Under the pieces are notes generated by a model, which ran no database searches, had not been told where the DNA came from, and was given only the letters and a program-made list of their open reading frames with translations. Made by a program: the position numbers and the translations under genes. 63,601 nt of DNA from an uncultured Anaerolineales bacterium (lineage in GTDB: Bacteria > Chloroflexota > Anaerolineae > UBA1429): assembly GCA_964651255.1 (NCBI GenBank), contig CAZYWU010000002.1:82038-145638 (forward strand), given 5' to 3'. Within the stretch, counting starts at the first letter, position 1, and the number at the start of each line of letters is the position of its first letter. This document shows, in pieces, positions 35,780 to 43,749 of the stretch.

Positions 35780-36841
35780 GTGACCGGTATGCTCACCCTG
35801 GATGGGAGCGCCGGCGAAGGTGGCGGGCAGATCCTGCGGACGGCACTCTGCCTCTCTGCCCTGCAGCAGCGCCCCATCGCCATCGCGCATATTCGCGCTG
35901 GTCGCCGGCCGCCCGGACTGGCGCCTCAGCATCTTGCCGCAGTGCGCGCCATGCAGCAGCTCTGCGACGCCGAGGTATCGGGCGCGACACTCGGGTCACA
36001 ACAACTCCTGTTTGCTCCTCGGCGGCCTGCGAAACCGGGAGCGTATGACCTCGATATCCCCGCGCTGGCGGGCACGCCCAGCGCCGGATCGGTGACGCTG
36101 CTTTTACAGACGATCCTGTTGCCGCTGGCACTACAGGGTGACAAGCCCTCCAGCCTTACCATCACCGGGGGCACGCACGTCCGATGGAGTCCGTGCTACC
36201 AGTACCTGACCGAGGTCTACCTGCCCGTACTGGAGCAGATCGGCATCCGCTGCACCGCCGAACTGGGCGCATGGGGCTGGTACCCCGAAGGCCGGGGGAC
36301 GCTGCATGCCAACATACAGCCCGCGGCGCCGTCATCGCTGCGTGGAGTGGAATTGGTGAGCAGAGGTGCGCTGGTTGGCGTATGGGGGCTCTCAGCAGCC
36401 TCCAACCTGCCAGCACACATTATCGAGAGGCAGCGTGCGCAACTCGAGGTACGCCTGCGGTCACGGCACATCAAACCAGACATGCACAGCCTGGATGCAC
36501 CGGCGATGGGCAAGGGAACGCTCGTGTTCATCGCGGCGCAGTATGAGCGGATCACGGCGGGTTTCACGGCCTATGGGCGGCTACGCTACCCTGCTGAGCG
36601 GGTTGCAGACGATGCCTTTGAGGCCTTTGAGGCCTACCGCCGCACCAAAGCGGCCCTCGACCCGCACCTCGCCGACCAGATCATCGTGCCCCTGGCACTG
36701 GCGAACGGTGATAGCCATATCGCCACCAGCCACATTACCGCGCATACACAGACCGTGGCCTGGCTCACGCAGCACTTTACCGAGCGCACGATCGAGGTAC
36801 GCGGAACGCCCGGAGCACCCGGCGAAATCGTCATCACCTAG
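35780..36841 (+). CDS. rtcA: RNA 3'-terminal phosphate cyclase
   Basis: LDGS.GEGGGQILRTAL, IRAGR..PGL..QHL, GGTHV.WSP, GWYP.G.G, DPHLADQ (catalytic His). Confidence 0.95.
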   Translation: MTGMLTLDGSAGEGGGQILRTALCLSALQQRPIAIAHIRAGRRPPGLAPQHLAAVRAMQQLCDAEVSGATLGSQQLLFAPRRPAKPGAYDLDIPALAGTPSAGSVTLLLQTILLPLALQGDKPSSLTITGGTHVRWSPCYQYLTEVYLPVLEQIGIRCTAELGAWGWYPEGRGTLHANIQPAAPSSLRGVELVSRGALVGVWGLSAASNLPAHIIERQRAQLEVRLRSRHIKPDMHSLDAPAMGKGTLVFIAAQYERITAGFTAYGRLRYPAERVADDAFEAFEAYRRTKAALDPHLADQIIVPLALANGDSHIATSHITAHTQTVAWLTQHFTERTIEVRGTPGAPGEIVIT

Positions 36842-36847
36842 ACCGGG

Positions 36848-37363
36848 CTAGTGATAGCGATCCACCCGGAAGCGGTATAACCGGTAGGGCTCATGGGGCT
36901 CGATCCAGGCCTTGCGCAAAGCAATATCCACCTGCTCTTCCGGTGTGTCGATACCTTCCAGATCAGGCAAAAGCAGCCCGCGACGGCTGCCCCGTTCGAC
37001 AATCACCCCATAGATGCGCGGGTCCAGATCCTCAAGGCCCGCAACGCGTTCCGGGACCCCGAGCACATCGACGGAGATCTCCAGATCGTCCAGTTCATCG
37101 GCACGCACAGGCGGAAAGCGCGGATCGCGAGTGGCGGCGCTGATCGCATTCTGGATGATCTCGTGCTCCAGGTCTCCGTACACGTTTTCAATCGTCCCGA
37201 TGCAGCCCCGCAACTGACCGTGCTTGTGCAGCGACACAAAAGCGCCCGCTCGTTTCTTGCCAAGATCGCCCAGTGCTCCGGTGGCCTCGATAGTGCGCCT
37301 GTGCCGGACATACTCCTCGATCGCTCGTCTCGCCAATTGCACCAGAGGATGCTCAGTCTTCAT
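36848..37363 (-). CDS. AMMECR1-domain protein (AmmeMemoRadiSam protein A)
   Basis: [31 protein letters not shown]. Confidence 0.9.
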   Translation of the reverse strand: MKTEHPLVQLARRAIEEYVRHRRTIEATGALGDLGKKRAGAFVSLHKHGQLRGCIGTIENVYGDLEHEIIQNAISAATRDPRFPPVRADELDDLEISVDVLGVPERVAGLEDLDPRIYGVIVERGSRRGLLLPDLEGIDTPEEQVDIALRKAWIEPHEPYRLYRFRVDRYH

Positions 37364-38378
37364 AGGAATCCTCCGCCTCGCTTTGATCCGGGGACAGCTC
37401 TTGCCCGGATAAATACGGCGACCAGGCCTCAAGCACGCTGAAGAGCTCTCCTGTGCTCTCTGCTGCCAGCAGCGCTGGCCGCACTGTCGTCGCATCATGC
37501 AGCCCCTGAACGTACCGCACCACATGTTTGCGAAACAACACAATCCCCAACGGCTCGCCGTAGAGGCGAGACATCCACAGCGCGTGGCGCCGGATCACGG
37601 CCAGGCGCTCCGGGTAACTGACTGTGTCGATCGACCGCCCGTCAAAGATCCAGGGATTGCCCACCGCACCGCGCCCCACCATCACGCCGTCACAGCCGGT
37701 CATTTCTCGCATACGATCGGCGTCCGCAGGAGAACGTACGTCCCCGTTGCCAATCACAGGAACAGAGACCGCAGCCTTGACCTCCGCGATCGCTCCCCAG
37801 TCCGCGACGCCACTGTATTGCTGCGCGCGCGTGCGCCCGTGCACAGCGATCGCGGCGATGCCATTGTCCTCCAGGCGGCGCGCCACCTCCAGATAGTTGC
37901 GCGAGGATGCGTCCCAGCCCAGCCGAATCTTGCCCGTTACCGGCACAGGCAATGCCTCGGTCAGCGTGCGCACCAGGCGGGCGATTCGTGTCGGCTCGCA
38001 CAGGAGCGCAGCCCCACGCCCGCCGCTGGTCACCCGACGCGCAGGACACCCCATGTTCAGATCGATCATGTCCGGCTGTTGCTGCATCACGTGCTCTGCT
38101 GCCTCCAGAAGCGACCGCTCATCGGCGCCCAGCAGCTGCACCGCAACCGGGCGTTCGCACTCTAGAAACTCGGACAGCCGCTCTGTACGCACACCCCCAT
38201 GGGTTACCGCCACGTCCGTAGTGCAGGGCGTATAACTCAGCGCCGATCCGTGCTCCCGGCAGATCACCCGGAACGGCAGATCGGAAAATCCGGCCATCGG
38301 AGCCAGGATCAATCTCCCGTGCACCGGCACCGGCCCGATACGAAAGGCAACGGGACTCGGCTGCTGTGCCGCCGTCAC
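37353..38378 (-). CDS. dusB: tRNA-dihydrouridine synthase B-like
   Basis: LAPMAG, DLNMGCP (catalytic Cys), [31 protein letters not shown]. Confidence 0.92.
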   Translation of the reverse strand: MTAAQQPSPVAFRIGPVPVHGRLILAPMAGFSDLPFRVICREHGSALSYTPCTTDVAVTHGGVRTERLSEFLECERPVAVQLLGADERSLLEAAEHVMQQQPDMIDLNMGCPARRVTSGGRGAALLCEPTRIARLVRTLTEALPVPVTGKIRLGWDASSRNYLEVARRLEDNGIAAIAVHGRTRAQQYSGVADWGAIAEVKAAVSVPVIGNGDVRSPADADRMREMTGCDGVMVGRGAVGNPWIFDGRSIDTVSYPERLAVIRRHALWMSRLYGEPLGIVLFRKHVVRYVQGLHDATTVRPALLAAESTGELFSVLEAWSPYLSGQELSPDQSEAEDSYED

Positions 38379-39520
38379 CGGGACGTACGCCTCCCGCCGC
38401 CGGCCACCATGGTGCGCATCAAATCCCTGACCTCGCCCTTGGTGATGATCGGCAGATCGAACATCAGCGTCTGCTTGAGCGCAGTGGCTGCATCACCCAC
38501 GAGGACACCCTTTTCCAGACGGCGGAACGGGTCCGATTCGGTAAGGAAGCCATAGTAGAATCCAGCATTCCACGTGTCGCCCCCGCCCAGGCGATCCCAC
38601 AAGGTGATGCTCAATATCGCGGGCGAACGGAAAAAGTTGCCGTCCTTGTCCATCGCGGCCGATTCCCAGCGATGCGCCTCAAAGCTGTCAGGATAGCGGA
38701 TCGTCAGGCCGACGACGCTGACCCCGAAGCGGTCCAGCAGCGCTGACATAAAAGTTCGCAACTCCTCATCATCCAGCCGTTCCAGATCGCCGTTGATGAT
38801 CGCGGCGGGTTCGAGGCCGCCCGCCCCCATGCCATAGAGCTCGGCCATGTCTTCGATCGTGGTGATCAGCACATCGACATGCTGCAAAACCGGCCCCAGC
38901 GTGTCAACGGCCTCACCCCTGGACCAGAGCGTGCTGCGGTAGTTACAGTCCAACCCCAGCAGACAGCCATCAGGGCGCGCAGCAAGGGCCTCCTCAAACG
39001 TTTCGAGACAGTAGTTGCGCTCGTAACCGCTGTGCCTTGCCAGACCGAAGGTGATCCCGGATGTGTGCAACAGCCTGCTATGAGCGAGAACGGATGCCCA
39101 ATCCACCATGCCAGCGCCCAGCCTGCTGGCTGCAGAATACATGCGTTGATACCAGCCCACGCCCCGGCGCGGAGTCCGTCCCAACTCATAGAGATACCGG
39201 CCGATCGGCTCTGTGCGCGGCGCCCACACCAGATGCGAGGTGTCGACGCCCTGAGCGCGAGCGATGTCGCGCACCGCCCACCCGTAAGGATTGTCTGGGA
39301 CCCTCGTCACAAACGCTGTTCTCAGGCCAAGCCGGGCCAGGGCGATCGCGAGCGTGTACTCGCTGCCCGCCATGGAGATGTGCACCGTTCTGGCCCGCTC
39401 CAGTCGCTCGTCGTCAGCGGGCGTGTCGCGCACCATGACCTCTCCAAAGGTCACGAGCGCGGGCTCCGTACCAAACGCGGAGAGGTCATCCGCAACGATG
39501 TCATAGTCCAGAGCGCCCAT
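38375..39520 (-). CDS. PfkB-family sugar kinase (KDG kinase-like)
   Basis: TFGEVM, AGSE, LHTSGIT, DCNYR..LW, DRLGGGD. Confidence 0.88.
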   Translation of the reverse strand: MGALDYDIVADDLSAFGTEPALVTFGEVMVRDTPADDERLERARTVHISMAGSEYTLAIALARLGLRTAFVTRVPDNPYGWAVRDIARAQGVDTSHLVWAPRTEPIGRYLYELGRTPRRGVGWYQRMYSAASRLGAGMVDWASVLAHSRLLHTSGITFGLARHSGYERNYCLETFEEALAARPDGCLLGLDCNYRSTLWSRGEAVDTLGPVLQHVDVLITTIEDMAELYGMGAGGLEPAAIINGDLERLDDEELRTFMSALLDRFGVSVVGLTIRYPDSFEAHRWESAAMDKDGNFFRSPAILSITLWDRLGGGDTWNAGFYYGFLTESDPFRRLEKGVLVGDAATALKQTLMFDLPIITKGEVRDLMRTMVAGGGRRTSR

Positions 39521-39667
39521 GGCACCTCCATCCGTATCAGTGTATTGAGTCTAGCCAGACCAGCGCGCACGGTCAAGCCTTGCCCCGGCTGCCTCCGGCT
39601 CCTTGCTTGATCGTATCACCGGCTGCGGCTAGAATGGCGATACGACTCGATATATGGAGACGACATC

Positions 39668-40726
39668 ATGCCCGTGGAAACCATGACCTCTCGCGAACGC
39701 TGGCAGGCAGTACTGGAGCATCGCCTGCCTGACCGTGTCCCCACGGACTACTGGACCACCGACGAGGCACACAGTCGCCTCAAGTCGTATCTCGGCATCG
39801 CGGATGACGAGGTGCTGTACGAGACGCTCCATATCGACCGGCCCTTTACCGTCAGCCCGCGCTACGTCGGCCCCCCGCTGCCAGTGGATGAGGACGTATA
39901 TGGCATCCGCTACCGGCTTGTAGACTATGGTGCGGGCGTCTATCGAGAGGCGATCACCAATCCGCTGGCGACGTACACCTCAGTGGCGGAGATTGAGCAA
40001 AACTACCGCTGGCCGAGCCCGGAATGGTGGAGTTACGACCATCTTCCGGCTCAGATACGCGGGCATGAGCGGTCACCGATACGCGGAGGAGGGTCTGAAC
40101 CGTTTTTGACCTATAAGGATTTGCGCGGCGATGAGCAGGCTTATATGGATCTCATCCTGTATCCAGAAATCGTACACTATTGCCTGGACAGGCTCTTTGA
40201 GCTCGCCTACCAGAATACGCTGCGTATCTATGAGGCCATTCCCGGCCAGGTCATGATCACCTACATCGCTGAAGATATGGGCAGCCAGTCGAGCCTTTTG
40301 TTTTCGCCATCCCAGATACGCACATTTCTGTTGCCGCGCATGGCAAGAATGATGGACCTGGCGCATCAGGCGGGAGCCTACGTATTTTTCCACAGCGATG
40401 GTGCGGTGCGCCCGATTCTGCCCGACATGATCGCGACGGGCATCGACGTACTGAACCCCATCCAGTGGCGCTGCGACGGGATGGATAGGTCGGGTCTCAA
40501 AGCTGATTTTGGAGACCAGATCGTCCTGCATGGTGCCGTCGACAACCAGCAGACGCTCCCCTTTGGGACGGTTCAAGACGTCCGCAGCGAGGTCATCGAA
40601 AACATAGAGATTCTCGGCGCAGGCGGCGGTTATATCCTGGCCCCGTGCCACAACATCCAGGCGATCACCCCTCCAGAGAACACCATCGCCATGTACAAAG
40701 AGGCCTTTGCCTCAGGCTGGTACTAG
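39668..40726 (+). CDS. Uroporphyrinogen decarboxylase-family (MtaA/CmuA-like) protein
   Basis: PDRVP, ED.GSQ..LL.SP, FHSDG, GID.LNP.Q, G.VD.Q..LP.GT, GYILAPCHNIQ. Confidence 0.85.
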   Translation: MPVETMTSRERWQAVLEHRLPDRVPTDYWTTDEAHSRLKSYLGIADDEVLYETLHIDRPFTVSPRYVGPPLPVDEDVYGIRYRLVDYGAGVYREAITNPLATYTSVAEIEQNYRWPSPEWWSYDHLPAQIRGHERSPIRGGGSEPFLTYKDLRGDEQAYMDLILYPEIVHYCLDRLFELAYQNTLRIYEAIPGQVMITYIAEDMGSQSSLLFSPSQIRTFLLPRMARMMDLAHQAGAYVFFHSDGAVRPILPDMIATGIDVLNPIQWRCDGMDRSGLKADFGDQIVLHGAVDNQQTLPFGTVQDVRSEVIENIEILGAGGGYILAPCHNIQAITPPENTIAMYKEAFASGWY

Positions 40727-40751
40727 TTCCGTACCCCGGAGGTCGCTGAAT

Positions 40752-41357
40752 ATGTATATCGGACGTTTCGTACTCGCAGGCCGCACACCATCTGGCCGTC
40801 CCTTTCTGGGGTACCGCGTGTCATCCCGTTCCTTTCCCAATCGCAGAATACTGCTGACAGCAGATGCGGCCGTCGTGCTGCCTACCGCCGACGCACCAGC
40901 CAGTGACAATCCGTACATCGCCTATCACTGCATGCGCACGCACGGCACCACAACGGTTGTCGCCAACGGCAGTCATGTTGACCCCATTATCGAAAAGGTC
41001 GCGGCGGGGTATCCGCTGCGCGATGCCCTCGCCCTGTCCCTTTTCGCACTGGACTATGAACATGACAGCTACAATACCCCACGAATCGCGGCGGCCTGGG
41101 GACAGGAACTGGCTTATCTCGCGATCATTACGCCAACCATCCTGGCAGTCCAGAGTGTCGAGCCACTGCCTGGAACGGCCATGTTGATCTCCACTTATGA
41201 GCTGGTTGAGCCAACGCCGGTCAAGATCACAGGTGAGACTGCGCAGGACCTCGCCATGGCAATTCACACCTTGCCTTACGAGCATCCGGTCGCTTCTCTC
41301 GCCACCCTGCTTGGCAACCCGAACGACTCTGCCGTGCTGGGCGCCGACAGCCTCTGA
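40752..41357 (+). CDS. purO: Archaeal-type IMP cyclohydrolase PurO
   Basis: 201 aa; MYIGRF, YRVSSRSFPNR, NPYIAY.C, NGSH, DYEHDSYNTPRIAA match the methanogen PurO family as recalled. Confidence 0.88.
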   Translation: MYIGRFVLAGRTPSGRPFLGYRVSSRSFPNRRILLTADAAVVLPTADAPASDNPYIAYHCMRTHGTTTVVANGSHVDPIIEKVAAGYPLRDALALSLFALDYEHDSYNTPRIAAAWGQELAYLAIITPTILAVQSVEPLPGTAMLISTYELVEPTPVKITGETAQDLAMAIHTLPYEHPVASLATLLGNPNDSAVLGADSL

Positions 41358-41455
41358 GCGTGCACACTCAAGCCGAATAGCCGCTTGCCCTGATCCAGAC
41401 GCTGACGATGGTCGGCAGGCGGAGCCCTGACCGGTTTGTCGCCGCCTCGACTCGA

Positions 41456-41464
41456 TGGTACAAT
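41456..41464 (+). promoter_or_regulatory. Extended -10 element upstream of carD
   Basis: TGGTACAAT; the same ATGGTACAATAA occurs upstream of secA on the minus strand. Confidence 0.55.
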
Positions 41465-41703
41465 AAGGGGGTATCGATACTTGTACCTGTCGGGAAACGC
41501 ACAAGAGGTCCTGCGCAGCCACATCACAGAATGATGTGGATTCCGTGCAACACAGACCAGCGGTGCGAGAACGATCTCGTTTAGCACTGCGCCCCGCACG
41601 CACCCCAGCCAACCTCAAGCGTGTCAGGGCCCGGCAAGGCGGCAATGACGCCAGAGCCTCTACAAGAACAAGCCACAGCGGTTCACTGTACCAGGAGGCG
41701 TGT

Positions 41704-42222
41704 ATGTATATGTATGAGATCGGCAGCCGAGTCGTCCATCCCTGCTATGGTGCGGGGGTTGTGGTTCGAATCCAGGAAAAGAGCATCGGCGACACCGTCC
41801 ATGCCTATTATGTCATCGACACCGTGTCGCGTCCCATGCAGCTCATGGTTCCCGTCGAGCGTGCTGAGGAAGTTGCACTGCGGCCGGTGGGCAAAGTCGA
41901 GGAACTGCGAGAGTGCCTGTATCTCTGTCAGGATCCTCCACAGGATGAAGACATCAACAAAGACCTGCGCGCCCGTCAGGCCCTGATGCGCGAGCAGCTC
42001 AAGTCGGGAGTCTTTGGCGATATCGTCGAGATCGCAAGAATGCTGTATTTCATGAACAGCAAGCGCCCTCTGGGAACCATCGACAGGCAGCTCTTTGACC
42101 AGGGCAAGGACTTTATCGCGGGCGAACTCGCTCTGGCTTGTGACCTGCAGATCGAGGACGCCAAGCAAGAGATCGAAGACCTGCTCATGGCCATGCTGAA
42201 ACCTGCCCAGGAAGAGCAGTAG
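41704..42222 (+). CDS. carD: CarD family transcriptional regulator
   Basis: YEIG..VVHP.YGAG.V..I, L.VP......LR, L.SG....I.EI.R.L. SD AGGAGG. Confidence 0.88.
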   Translation: MYMYEIGSRVVHPCYGAGVVVRIQEKSIGDTVHAYYVIDTVSRPMQLMVPVERAEEVALRPVGKVEELRECLYLCQDPPQDEDINKDLRARQALMREQLKSGVFGDIVEIARMLYFMNSKRPLGTIDRQLFDQGKDFIAGELALACDLQIEDAKQEIEDLLMAMLKPAQEEQ

Positions 42223-42235
42223 AGCAAGGCGCCGC

Positions 42236-42259
42236 CGGGCCGGCCGAATAGCCGGCCCG
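42236..42259 (+). terminator. GC-rich hairpin after carD
   Basis: CGGGCCGGC-CGAATA-GCCGGCCCG, followed by a weak TTCCCGTT tract. Confidence 0.5.
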
Positions 42260-42360
42260 TTCCCGTTCCGCTCTGCACTGCTTGCGTTCCGCCCTCTGCC
42301 GGCCTATATTCACCCCGGTTGTCCGCGCCCGCGCTCGAATCAGATACCAGCGAGGCTCGC

Positions 42361-43707
42361 ATGGATCAGACTCTTGCTATGCTAAACGATCTGAATGCTG
42401 ATCAGCGTTTGTTGGCGCTTGAGCAGCTCGCCCGCCGCGAGGGCTGGCAGGGCCAGGTGACGCCCGTATCGGATCCGCTCAAGATTAACCTGCATGCCCA
42501 TACCATCTTCTCGTATAACGGCTATGGCTACTCACCTGCGTACCTGGCCTGGCTGGCGCGCCGCGACGGCTGGTATGCGTTGGGCACCGTAGATTTCGAT
42601 GTACTGGACAGTGTGGACGAATGTCTCGCGGCCAGTACACAATGCGGCATACGCGGCACCGCCGGCTTTGAGACCAGGGTTTGTGTGCCCGACCGAGCGG
42701 GCGTCGTCTTTAACTCGCCGGGGGAGCCGGGCGTGATGTACTTTGTCGGCATGGGGTTTGCCAGCGGCACGCCTGCCACCCAGGCAGCTCCCATAATCGA
42801 TGATCTACGCGCCAGGGCCCAGTCCAGAAACCGGCAGATGATTGCGCGCATTAATGCTTATATGGCCCCTGTCGCCATTGACTATGAGCAGGATGTCCTG
42901 CCCCTGACGCCGAGCGGCAACGCGACGGAACGGCACATCCTCATCGCCTATGATGCAGCCGCGCGCAAGCTCTATCCCGGCCGATCTGATCTCCTGAACT
43001 TCTGGAGCGACAAGCTTGGGCTGTCCGTGGAGGCTGTGGACGCCTTCCTGACAGACACGCCGTTCCCTCACGACACCATTCGTGCCAAGTTGATGAAGCA
43101 GGGAGGGCCCGGATACATGGCGCCCACACCTGATAGTTTTCCCCCTCTTGAGGACGCCATCGCGGCAACCGAGGCGTGCGGCGCCCTGCCCTGCTACCCA
43201 TTTGTGGACGGCACAAGCACCGGCGAGCAGGACATGCGTGCTCTGTTGGCTGACCTTGTCTCGCGTGGCATCGTCGCCATGGTCCTCATTCCCGACCGTA
43301 ACTGGAATGTCCCGGATGCTGCTCGTTCCCAGGATCTCGTTCAGCGCATGAATGCTGCGCTGGCAGCCGCCGACGAACTCGACCTGCCGGTATTCATCGG
43401 CACAGAGATGAACAAGCCAGGGCAGTTGCTCATAGACGATCTGAGCGTTCCTGCGCTGCATGTACACAGCGAGCAGTTCAAGCGCGGCGCAGACATGCTA
43501 TGGGCTCACACTGTGCTGCAGCGTCATCATGGTCTTGGATTCCAGAGCGCCTGGGCAAGGGCGCAGCTACCCTCGCGAGCCGAGCGGGCGCGCCTGTACA
43601 CCAGGCTCGGCAGTCTGCTTTCTCCGACGGACGGCAGTGTGGACAAAGCAGCTGCCCTGCTCCGCTCTGTCGATCTGAGGTCGGCTGTGGATATCCTGAA
43701 TGGCTAG
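42361..43707 (+). CDS. PHP-like domain hypothetical protein
   Basis: NLHAHT.FS, G.VDFD, GFETRV; no stronger assignment possible. Confidence 0.6.
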   Translation: MDQTLAMLNDLNADQRLLALEQLARREGWQGQVTPVSDPLKINLHAHTIFSYNGYGYSPAYLAWLARRDGWYALGTVDFDVLDSVDECLAASTQCGIRGTAGFETRVCVPDRAGVVFNSPGEPGVMYFVGMGFASGTPATQAAPIIDDLRARAQSRNRQMIARINAYMAPVAIDYEQDVLPLTPSGNATERHILIAYDAAARKLYPGRSDLLNFWSDKLGLSVEAVDAFLTDTPFPHDTIRAKLMKQGGPGYMAPTPDSFPPLEDAIAATEACGALPCYPFVDGTSTGEQDMRALLADLVSRGIVAMVLIPDRNWNVPDAARSQDLVQRMNAALAAADELDLPVFIGTEMNKPGQLLIDDLSVPALHVHSEQFKRGADMLWAHTVLQRHHGLGFQSAWARAQLPSRAERARLYTRLGSLLSPTDGSVDKAAALLRSVDLRSAVDILNG

Positions 43708-43749
43708 TCAAACACCCCTGTCCACAGGAAAGCACAAGGACTGAGCTGG

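Noticed and set aside
35774-35788. Tandem TGACCGG-TGACCGG at the MBL/rtcA junction
   Set aside because: Two 7-nt copies only, formed by the stop and start codons; no supportable function.
41536-41703. 56-codon N-terminal extension of CarD in the ORF track (similar extensions on prs, frr, pyrH, cdsA, ammA, mutM)
   Set aside because: Strong SD sites and family homology place the starts downstream; the extensions have no domain-like content.
41372-42254. Exact 12-mer GCCGAATAGCCG after both the purO and carD stops (41372-41383, 42243-42254)
   Set aside because: Only two copies, and only the second forms a good hairpin. About 100 repeated 12-mer pairs are expected by chance in 63 kb, so it is not called a REP element.
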